DNA from: Candidatus Peribacteria bacterium
GTDB lineage: Bacteria; Patescibacteriota; Gracilibacteria; UBA1369; 2-02-FULL-48-14
Length of the DNA stretch: 64,000 nucleotides
Assembly (NCBI GenBank): GCA_943357175.1
Contig: CALRGE010000004.1
Span: 36,420 to 100,419, forward strand
Direction of reading: 5' to 3'
The notes under the pieces were generated by a model, which had not been told where the DNA came from, searched no databases, and saw nothing but the letters and a program-made list of their open reading frames with translations. This document shows positions 10,201 through 16,919 of this stretch, piece after piece (within the stretch, counting starts at the first letter, position 1; every line of letters starts with the position of its first letter). The translations under genes and the position numbers were made by a program.

Positions 10201-12054
10201 AAGTGTTGAGTGTTTCTTATGTTTGTCGTCGTTGTCTTCATGATGTTCACCACCGGCTGAATCCGTTTCAACTATTTTTTCTGCAGGTTTTTCATGTTCT
10301 TTATCGTGTGCTTTTTCTTCAGGTTCATGACCGCCACCTGCGTCAGGTTTTGTATGCTTTTTTTTCTCTATTTTAGCCTTATCTAAATCAGTCAAAAGTG
10401 AATCCTCAATTCTTGGTGCGTTTTTAATTTTACCTGTGCCTTTAGGTTCAGCCTCAACAGGAGTCTCCTTTATAGTAGTTAATTGTTCTTCGAATGCACG
10501 AATTGGCGCGTCCCAAACTATATCTTTCACTGTTTTTCCGCCGGCAAGTAAAATACCAAGTGCACCACCATCAACGTGGAATTTTTTGTCAGTAGTTTTT
10601 CTTTCTGCCGCACCGGTTTCGCTAACTGATGCCTCGCCTTCCCAGTGGACACCAATGATGTCGTGTGGGATTGCAAGTGCGGCACCTTCAAGTGCGCCAA
10701 GAACAAATCCTGTTGGAGCAACAACAGTCGCCAAGACTGCCTGCTGAGTTCTGTACCAAGCTTTTTTTGTTAAATTCCACATGCCACCGGCAATTGAAGA
10801 CATTCCACCGCCAACATAATCTATTCCTCTTGAAAGAATGTTTGGTTTTGATGGTCCTGAAGCTGCTGCGGCTGGAGCGGCGTGACCGGCATCTGCTTTT
10901 GGCTCATCGTGATGTTCAGGTGCATGAGATTTTTTCACAATTGCACTATCACTATGATCTGTTGGCCAATTTAATGCCCAATCTAAGCCACGACTGAATC
11001 GATTTTTTGCGCCGTATCCGATTCGTCCAACTGGAAATACTACTGTTTTTCCAACTTGTTTTCCCAATTCGACTCCGCTGTTTGCGATCCCAACAACTTC
11101 TTCTCTAATCAGTCTTCCGGTGCCTTTTGCCACGGCAACCGTACCGTCAACTACCATTCCACCAATTGATACTCCAGTGTGAACAGCGAGAGTGCTGGCA
11201 AGTAGAAATTTTTCTGTTGTGATGATTGGCTTTGCATCGGCCTTTTTCTTTGCAGCTTCAGCTTTTTTAGCATTTATTTTTGCTTTCTCATCTTCACCCT
11301 TCAAACCCTTGTCAATAAGGTCATCAAAATTTGATTCCTGTTGTTCGTAAGCTCTATCAAAAGCTTGGTTAAATCTTTTTTCATTAAAATCAGATGAAAT
11401 CCCATTTCCCATTCTGTCACGATAAACTTTTTTTGCTTTAGCTTTAACCTTCTCTTTTATTTTTTCTCTTTTCTTCTGCTTATCTTTTATATCCTTTATT
11501 TCGGGTAGGTCTAAAACAGATTTTATAAACTCTGATTGCTCCTTATCAATCGCAATGTCACTTTCTTTCTTTTCATTATCATCTCTAATTTTTTTTGCTT
11601 TTATAGCTGATTCAATCGCCTCATCAATAAATTTTACATTAACGCCTGTCGAACTTAATCTACGGCTTATAATTTCTCTCATTTTTTCTTTTCTTCTGTA
11701 TTCATTAGGCTCATTATTAATTTCACCGTCATTAACCAACTTATTTGCTTCCTCAATTGCTGCACGCCTTGCATCATATTCTTTCTTTATTCTCTCATTC
11801 TCTTTTACTCTTCCATCGTTTGCATCTTTAACTTTTGAATAAACCTTCTTAACTCCTGATTTAACAGCATCACGAGCGTTGTCCAACAATGATGGTTTTT
11901 TTGACTCTGGCTTTTCACCTTTGTCACCAGCTAAAGTAGGCTCTTCGTCTTCGAAGCCATTATCGTTATCAGGTCCGGAATCAGAGTCGGTTCCAGCGTG
12001 GGCTGGATCAGGCTTTACGTCATCGATATCTGATGCTGGTGTAGGGTTTGCCAT
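7255..12054 (-). CDS. 1,599-aa orphan modular protein: acidic N-terminus, K/E-rich coiled-coil-like region, Gly-rich hydrophobic block, His-rich linker, seven ~130-aa repeats
   Basis: Uninterrupted 4.8-kb ORF with internal protein-level periodicity. Only short low-complexity antisense ORFs lie opposite. Same strand as ftsW and 58 nt upstream of it. I recognise no family. Confidence 0.8.
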   Translation of the reverse strand: MANPTPASDIDDVKPDPAHAGTDSDSGPDNDNGFEDEEPTLAGDKGEKPESKKPSLLDNARDAVKSGVKKVYSKVKDANDGRVKENERIKKEYDARRAAIEEANKLVNDGEINNEPNEYRRKEKMREIISRRLSSTGVNVKFIDEAIESAIKAKKIRDDNEKKESDIAIDKEQSEFIKSVLDLPEIKDIKDKQKKREKIKEKVKAKAKKVYRDRMGNGISSDFNEKRFNQAFDRAYEQQESNFDDLIDKGLKGEDEKAKINAKKAEAAKKKADAKPIITTEKFLLASTLAVHTGVSIGGMVVDGTVAVAKGTGRLIREEVVGIANSGVELGKQVGKTVVFPVGRIGYGAKNRFSRGLDWALNWPTDHSDSAIVKKSHAPEHHDEPKADAGHAAPAAAASGPSKPNILSRGIDYVGGGMSSIAGGMWNLTKKAWYRTQQAVLATVVAPTGFVLGALEGAALAIPHDIIGVHWEGEASVSETGAAERKTTDKKFHVDGGALGILLAGGKTVKDIVWDAPIRAFEEQLTTIKETPVEAEPKGTGKIKNAPRIEDSLLTDLDKAKIEKKKHTKPDAGGGHEPEEKAHDKEHEKPAEKIVETDSAGGEHHEDNDDKHKKHSTLPVHTDPKKGGFFKAFKGLSEIWSKDEIDTADFDAGISAIEGAFGTEDSVSGNFARGIRRLFGPKDVPTMEIDYENLAEQISHLKPKDRASFFKSIDIIKFQKKIRLLVDEARFDDALKSDEGKSDAKKQITALFGTHGKVDFDDLETILDDMYTKLFGTTPPNGAKQMQFAAAMGRITTVLEEPTIAVDDRRLTKLYGAEKKVVNIDYSKFADQVHALKPNERNGFLDSLQVSSLNREFWMIMDATRLADSLKDDDTEHSNRTAIKKKIEAALHIEGRVTPGEVSTQIDALKIKFAGMTRTDSKITDMGAALDKIVLALTPTNITKIYGKEAKEVEIDYTKFGVQALKLKDDSAKEAFLRSFDSAEFQSQFFAIMDNARLKESLEEDDAARTNQKSAKAKIASFLGVEGIVKAADVTRIVAELRAQFTGLAPATNIDAFLATIIPALDADNLTKVYSNETKEPEIDTTKFGAQVSKLKGDKEKKAFAKAFNQSEFNKEFSMIMNERRLKDLLDNDDDTFSNKKAIKEKIAAVLNIAVGAKITNAEVKGIIASLQATFAGATTNSQISDSLDRIKKALSSANLDKIFSNDVKKTTIKYKEFGKQLFKTETKDIEKFVEAFDKRDFKGAFSQLLTEPAFKIAMNEPEKVKVLIVEMLGFDGTISSHTELDGLITDLTKKIAASTNENAPTIRRMLGEAGTVIKSYRAAFGGETAFEVLYPATNEPEINIDYAKFGATSKALRKDKDKNKFLETFDLNKFDENFLYLLSDLGLNSIEKNAAMKPKMQEQVEQLLGRKPLTVDEFKQLIDSVWKSLDLADPLKMTPTATTNFTHFKTKLEDIEKRFTNANNFEKVFKSTPDLRKVIIDYDRFGNGIPKSKEDISNFLFSLEMGKVMGKYHMLTNETRLKTMLLAPTDPGNTDLADNLISFLGMTVKPKDLTSEMVKDFKKIMLANLDKTKLGLGKGMPLYKELSDLNDFINRILP
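7258..9996 (-). repeat. seven tandem ~390-nt (128-136 aa) coding repeats inside the giant ORF
   Basis: Anchor IDYxKFG (variants IDTTKFG, IKYKEFG, IDYDRFG) at aa 689, 824, 955, 1083, 1213, 1345, 1481. The + strand string CCAAATTTTG..TA.TCAAT recurs at 8003, 8789, 9173. Confidence 0.75.
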
Positions 12055-12127
12055 AGTGATTATATTTCAATATAAAAGTATACCGTATTATAGCGTTTTG
12101 GTCAACCCTGAAAGTTTGCGAAATTTT

Positions 12128-12637
12128 ATGGGTCTTATATGGTGGGAATGTAAACGAAATATTATGAAATTTGCGAGGGCTCCGGAACTGGATAGAATTT
12201 GGAAATTTTTCGGTCCACTTTTTTTAATTTTGATTTCTGCTGATCAGATTTCAAAATGGTGGGCAGTTAAAAATTTGGACTCAATAAATGATCAAAATAT
12301 TGGAATGGCTTTGTCTTACAATGACGGAATTGTGTTTGGATTAAACTTACCAATTTGGATGATATGGGTTTTAACAGTTGCAGTTTTTGGGCTTGGAATT
12401 TGGCTTGTTATTGAAAATAAATTGTGGCGAGATCATTGGCATTTAACAGGTTTGGCATTGCTTTTGGCAGGTGCAATGGGCAATACAATTGATAGATTCC
12501 GATTTGGATACGTTGTTGATTTTTTGAAAGTTTATTGGTGGCCTACATTTAATTTAGCTGATGTGTTTATTGTTTCAGCCGTGGCTTTATTTGCTTGGGA
12601 ATTTTTGATTCGGGAGAATGTGCTTGAAGACCTTTAA
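12128..12637 (+). CDS. lspA: lipoprotein signal peptidase II
   Basis: LspA motifs DQISKWW, NDGIVFGL, GAMGNTIDRFRFGYVVDF, FNLADVFI. The tracked ORF start at 11879 overlaps the giant gene and is rejected. In-frame ATGs lie at 12128 and 12164, and the exact start is uncertain. Confidence 0.85.
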   Translation: MGLIWWECKRNIMKFARAPELDRIWKFFGPLFLILISADQISKWWAVKNLDSINDQNIGMALSYNDGIVFGLNLPIWMIWVLTVAVFGLGIWLVIENKLWRDHWHLTGLALLLAGAMGNTIDRFRFGYVVDFLKVYWWPTFNLADVFIVSAVALFAWEFLIRENVLEDL

Positions 12638-13424
12638 GAAAGTTTTCTGTAGATATAATTGATCGCCCTATTCGCAGTTCAAGTTTTTTTCTTGCTCCGC
12701 CTGCAATATCTCCGCCGAATTTCGCATCTTCTTGGAGTTTTGGTACTCCTTTCGAATTTTCACTTCGGTGGATTTCAGTTGTGGAACGCTCTCCTAGCAT
12801 ATTGAAAATTAGTTCAAAATCATTCATGTGATCTCTGAGATTTTCTCGCTTGAGGCCTTTCATTTTTTTGTATGAACGAGGAGTTACACCAAAAGTTGCT
12901 TTGGAAATCTCTGCAGTTAGGATTTCGTAATCATCAAATGCGGCGCCTCGATTTTTCCACTCATCTGTTAATTCATCTCTGATGGCAATGCCACGAATTC
13001 GTTTTTCTATCCAATCATCAGTGTAGCCTTTTGCTTTATAGATGGCTCTTGTTCGATTCGCGGCAAGTTCAGGATTTTCGATTTCCTGCACTCGCTCGTA
13101 TCCAACTTTTGCAAGCCACCGTTTGAAAGGTTCAGCTTTTGGAGATGGAATTGATTGAATAATGCGGAAGATGCCTTCGGTGTTGGCACAGTCGGTTTCA
13201 TATTTTTTGCCATCCAAAGCTTCGAGTTTGAGTTGTTTACAAATTGTAAACAACTGGGATCCCTCTTCATTTTTAACACGCGCCTTCATGACACTCCAAT
13301 AAACACTCGGTTTTGTGCTATCTGTTAATACTTCGATAACATCAACAACCGAAAACCACCACTCATCTTGATGCATGGTTTTTCTAATTTTCTTCCCGCC
13401 GAACAAAGCAATTTTTGTTGTCAT
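12567..13424 (-). CDS. Bro-N domain protein with DinD-like C-terminal region (phage antirepressor-like)
   Basis: Bro-N pattern FGGKKIRKTMHQDEWWFSVVDVIEVL...EGIFRIIQSIPSPKAEPFKRWL. C-terminal KGLKRENLRDHMNDFELIFNMLGERSTTEI resembles the DinD family. Start taken at Met19 (13424). Confidence 0.7.
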   Translation of the reverse strand: MTTKIALFGGKKIRKTMHQDEWWFSVVDVIEVLTDSTKPSVYWSVMKARVKNEEGSQLFTICKQLKLEALDGKKYETDCANTEGIFRIIQSIPSPKAEPFKRWLAKVGYERVQEIENPELAANRTRAIYKAKGYTDDWIEKRIRGIAIRDELTDEWKNRGAAFDDYEILTAEISKATFGVTPRSYKKMKGLKRENLRDHMNDFELIFNMLGERSTTEIHRSENSKGVPKLQEDAKFGGDIAGGARKKLELRIGRSIISTENFLKGLQAHSPESKIPKQIKPRLKQ

Positions 13425-13507
13425 AGTAATTTTTATAAAATACGTTGGGATTTTGATTCCCAAATTGGAATACGACAAATAAGGATTCTATTTAACAGAT
13501 CAATTTT

Positions 13508-13531
13508 CTGTTGTCAGAGCTCCGACAACAG
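13508..13531. repeat. hairpin motif GTTGTCAGAG-N4-GACAACAG, copy 1
   Basis: CTGTTGTC/GACAACAG 8-bp stem with 8-nt loop. It abuts the aroE stop codon (13532-13534) and lies 84 nt upstream of the Bro-N gene start. A second copy is at 22643-22664. Confidence 0.6.
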
Positions 13532-14362
13532 CTAAGATTTTATAATATCCACGGCCTCATCTGTGAGTTTTTTCATCAGCTCCAAGGGCGCTTTATTCCC
13601 TGTGATTATTTCAAGAAGAGGAGCTGCTTGATTTAGGAACCAAACATCGCCGGAAATGATATGTTTTACTTTGGCAGCATTTGCTTCTTCAAGGAAAAGG
13701 CTGGTTTTACCGTAAACCGCATCCATTGCCAATTGTACATTTTTCCAGAGTGGAAAAGGCACAAGAGTTGACTGGCTTGGCTGATAACTGGCTGAAGTTG
13801 CGTTAATAATTATATCTGGTTCTCCGTCCCATTTTCGCATGTCCGGAATCTGTGTAATTTGCATTTTTTCTGCAAAAGTTTTTGCTCGTTCAGACGTTCG
13901 ATTCCAAATTGAAACATTCGCACCTTCTTTGTGAAAAGCATAAGCCGCAGCACGAGCGGCTCCACCAGCTCCAAGTACTAAAATCTTCTTATCTTTTAAA
14001 TCAGGAATTAGAGACTTTACAGCGCCCAAGGCGCCAAGCCAATCTGTGTTGTAACCTTTTAGCTTATATGGAAGCTCACCATTCGGTGAGTGACCCAGCA
14101 CAAGATTAACCGCGTTAATTGCTTTTGCCTCATCACTACTTTCATCCAACAAATCTAGTGCGGGTGTTTTATGTGGCATGGTTGTAACTGCACCAGCAAG
14201 CTCACCTGAGCGAATTTTTTCCATCACGAGATGGAGGTCATCCGGAGCGACATCGTGAGTTTCGAACTCAGCATCGAAAGCAAGTTCTTTAAATGCACCG
14301 TTAGAAACAGGTGTACAGAGACAGAAAGAAAGTGGATGCCCTACGATCCAAAATTTTTTCAT
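13532..14362 (-). CDS. aroE: shikimate dehydrogenase
   Basis: TTMPHKTPALDLLDE, AINAVN, GYNTDWLGALGA and Rossmann VLGAGGAARAAAYAF. The usual HSxSP is replaced by FCLCTP. Confidence 0.8.
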   Translation of the reverse strand: MKKFWIVGHPLSFCLCTPVSNGAFKELAFDAEFETHDVAPDDLHLVMEKIRSGELAGAVTTMPHKTPALDLLDESSDEAKAINAVNLVLGHSPNGELPYKLKGYNTDWLGALGAVKSLIPDLKDKKILVLGAGGAARAAAYAFHKEGANVSIWNRTSERAKTFAEKMQITQIPDMRKWDGEPDIIINATSASYQPSQSTLVPFPLWKNVQLAMDAVYGKTSLFLEEANAAKVKHIISGDVWFLNQAAPLLEIITGNKAPLELMKKLTDEAVDIIKS

Positions 14363-15315
14363 TTTTCGGTCAGTTTATTCCAGTTTTCGGAGAAAACTTT
14401 GTGTTGAATTGAAGATGATAAGCCAAGTCCCTTATATATTGTGCCATCTTGTGATTTTGATTCAAACTCTCCTTCAGTAAGAATCGAAATGTAGTCAGAA
14501 TAAAGAGCAGTAAGCCAATCACGATCTTTGCTTTCAAAACCTGTAATCACATTGTCGGTTGCAAACAATATTCTGTCTTGATAGTCAGTGAAGAAAGCTA
14601 AGAACTGATCATGATTTTCTGTAATGGTTTGAAATCCTGCAATGGCATAATCAATAAATCCGAAACTTGTATCAATATAGAGATTTGGATAAGTTCCCAT
14701 TAATTCAGTCAGCCTGTCCAAACTCTTTGAAGAAAGACAATAATGAGAGCAAATAATAGGTAAATCAGGATTTAATTTTAACATATTCTCAAATTCAATT
14801 CGGAAATTTTCAGTACTCACAGGCATCAACAAAATTCCACCGAGTTCTTGAAGTTTTGCGAAAATTTTCAACATGTCTGCATTGTCCAATGCTAGTGTGT
14901 GGTATGCCTTATATCCATCGTAAATTTTAATTCCAATCGCTCCTTCTTTCATGCAAGTTTCAATTTTTTCAAGTGCAGAGAAATCATGAGGATCAATTCC
15001 ACAAAAATAAGGAAATTGTCCGGGATAGTTTTCAAAAGTTGTCTTCAAAAGTTCATTATTTTCATCAAGCTTGGTGTATGTAGGATCATTTTCTGCTGTA
15101 AAATGAAGCATCTCATATGGAATTCCTGCAAGAACAACTCTACTCATACCAGACCAGAACATCACTTTTTGTAATTTATCTATCTGTTCAGCGTTTTCAA
15201 TAGATTCATGAGTATTGATTATAGTACTCGCTTCTCTTAGGTAAAATAAACCCCCAACCAAAAGGGCCACAGCAACACAAAGGTAAACTGCAAGGACGTG
15301 TTTTTTCTTATTCAT
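14359..15315 (-). CDS. membrane-anchored amidohydrolase-fold (TIM-barrel, Amidohydro_2-like) protein
   Basis: N-terminal TM anchor. GAIGIKIYDG, ICSHYC, YIDTSFG and LFATDNV loosely match Amidohydro_2 strand ends. No N-terminal HxH seen. Confidence 0.35.
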   Translation of the reverse strand: MNKKKHVLAVYLCVAVALLVGGLFYLREASTIINTHESIENAEQIDKLQKVMFWSGMSRVVLAGIPYEMLHFTAENDPTYTKLDENNELLKTTFENYPGQFPYFCGIDPHDFSALEKIETCMKEGAIGIKIYDGYKAYHTLALDNADMLKIFAKLQELGGILLMPVSTENFRIEFENMLKLNPDLPIICSHYCLSSKSLDRLTELMGTYPNLYIDTSFGFIDYAIAGFQTITENHDQFLAFFTDYQDRILFATDNVITGFESKDRDWLTALYSDYISILTEGEFESKSQDGTIYKGLGLSSSIQHKVFSENWNKLTEK

Positions 15316-15341
15316 AAAGTTTAAAAATTGGTATAGTCAGT

Positions 15342-15986
15342 ATGACTTTTACATTGCCTATTGTCAAAAAAATGCAGATTCATAACTTAGATTTGGGTTT
15401 AGGGATAGATGCGGCGGTAATCCAAGAAGATGTTTTACAAGGTTTGCCTTTCCAAGTGCAAACAATGAAACAGGTACACGGTAGTGATATTATGATTTTT
15501 GAGGATTATCATGAAGATGAAATCGGTCATGATGCAATAATCTGCAATAAGCCAGGAGTTACTCTTATGGTGAAAACTGCAGATTGTATTCCTTTAGTTT
15601 TTGCCGGCAGAGGGATTGTCGCTGTTGTGCATGCGGGTTGGAGGAGCCTTACACAAGATATAATTCCAAAAACTCTCGAGAAAATGATTGAAATGGGCTG
15701 TACGGCGGAGGGAATGCGCGTTGGAATTGGACCTTCTTTAGGATTTGAATGTAGTGAGTTTTCAGATCCATTGATTGAAATTCCCGAGAAATTTCATTGG
15801 GCTATTCATGGGAGGAAAGTAGATTTGAATTCTATAGCTTTGAAACAACTGGCGGATTTGGGAATCAAAAATGAAAACATTTCTCATATGAATATATGTA
15901 CTAAATGTGATGAAGGGTGGTTTTCTTTTAGAAGAAATGGGTGTAAACAACGTTTTGGCACTATAATCACAGCATTAGCTGATTAA
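15342..15986 (+). CDS. pgeF: YfiH/PgeF (DUF152, Cu-oxidase_4) peptidoglycan editing factor family
   Basis: KQVHGSDI, TADCIPLVF, AVVHAGWRSL, C-terminal CTKCDEGWFSFRR. Confidence 0.8.
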   Translation: MTFTLPIVKKMQIHNLDLGLGIDAAVIQEDVLQGLPFQVQTMKQVHGSDIMIFEDYHEDEIGHDAIICNKPGVTLMVKTADCIPLVFAGRGIVAVVHAGWRSLTQDIIPKTLEKMIEMGCTAEGMRVGIGPSLGFECSEFSDPLIEIPEKFHWAIHGRKVDLNSIALKQLADLGIKNENISHMNICTKCDEGWFSFRRNGCKQRFGTIITALAD

Positions 15987-15995
15987 AAAAATCTT

Positions 15996-16919
15996 ATGAC
16001 AGAAAAAATTGATTTCGCTATAGGAGGACAGGCAGTACTAGAGGGCGTTATGATGCGGTCGCCAAATTATTACACCGTTTCAGTTCGACACGAAGACGGC
16101 AGTATCAAAATGATGCAAGCTAAGTTTTCTTCCCGTTCAAAAAAGGGATTTTTTAGTCTCCCGATTATTCGTGGAGGAGTTCAGTTGGTGGAATCAATGA
16201 TAATTGGATTTAGAGCGCTTGATTTTTCAAGTGATGTTTATACAGGCGAAGTAAAGGTGGAACAAAAAGGCTGGAAAAAATATGTTTATGGATTTTTTGG
16301 GATTTTGTATGTTGTCGTAACCTTAAGTTTGACGCTTTTCATGCTCAAATTTATACCGCTTTGGGTGGCGGAGAAAGTTTCTGAAATATTACCGGCGGTA
16401 AAAAATTACTACATTCTTTTTAATGCAATTGACGGACTTTCTAAGATTGCAATTTTCCTTGGTTACATTTTATTAATTTCAATTCTTAAGGATATAAAAA
16501 GGGTTTTTCAGTATCACGGTGCTGAACATAAATCAGTTTGGACATATGAAAAAGGCCTTCCATTGACTGTTGAAAATGCCAGAAAACAAACTCGCTTTCA
16601 CCCACGTTGCGGAACAAGTTTTATTTTCATTGTGATTATAATGAGCGTTTTAGTTTATACTTTTCTACCGAAATCGGATAGTTTTGCGATTAATTTTTTC
16701 TCTAGGATTGCATCACTTCCACTAATTGCAGGTATAAGTTATGAGTTTTTAAAATTCAGCGCGAAGTATGAAAAAAATGTTTGTATTAAATTGTTTGTTT
16801 TACCTGGGCTTTTAATTCAAAGACTCACAACAAAAGAACCTGATGACAAACAATTGGAGATTGCATTAAACTCTCTGAAAGAATCTTTAAAGATTGAACA
16901 TGGAAATAAGAAAAATTGA
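15996..16919 (+). CDS. DUF1385 (YqhQ-like) membrane protein
   Basis: IGGQAVLEGVMMRSPN, YHGAEHK, HPRCGTSF are DUF1385 hallmarks. Confidence 0.8.
   Translation: MTEKIDFAIGGQAVLEGVMMRSPNYYTVSVRHEDGSIKMMQAKFSSRSKKGFFSLPIIRGGVQLVESMIIGFRALDFSSDVYTGEVKVEQKGWKKYVYGFFGILYVVVTLSLTLFMLKFIPLWVAEKVSEILPAVKNYYILFNAIDGLSKIAIFLGYILLISILKDIKRVFQYHGAEHKSVWTYEKGLPLTVENARKQTRFHPRCGTSFIFIVIIMSVLVYTFLPKSDSFAINFFSRIASLPLIAGISYEFLKFSAKYEKNVCIKLFVLPGLLIQRLTTKEPDDKQLEIALNSLKESLKIEHGNKKN

Noticed and set aside
7241-11842. Plus-strand ORFs inside the giant gene: 7241-7609, 7724-7915, 8840-9022, 9227-9562, 10182-10376, 10436-10747, 10665-10997, 11555-11842.
   Set aside because: All are antisense to a 4.8-kb ORF that has clear protein-level periodicity. 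Their translations are low-complexity (Ser/Phe/Leu/Ile-rich) mirror images of the K/E/D-rich sense frame, and several use non-ATG starts.
11879-12127. 5' extension of the lspA ORF in the track (MSNNDGFF...), which overlaps the start of the giant gene.
   Set aside because: The extension is Ser/Gly-rich antisense sequence with no LspA similarity. LspA homology begins near the ATGs at 12128 and 12164.
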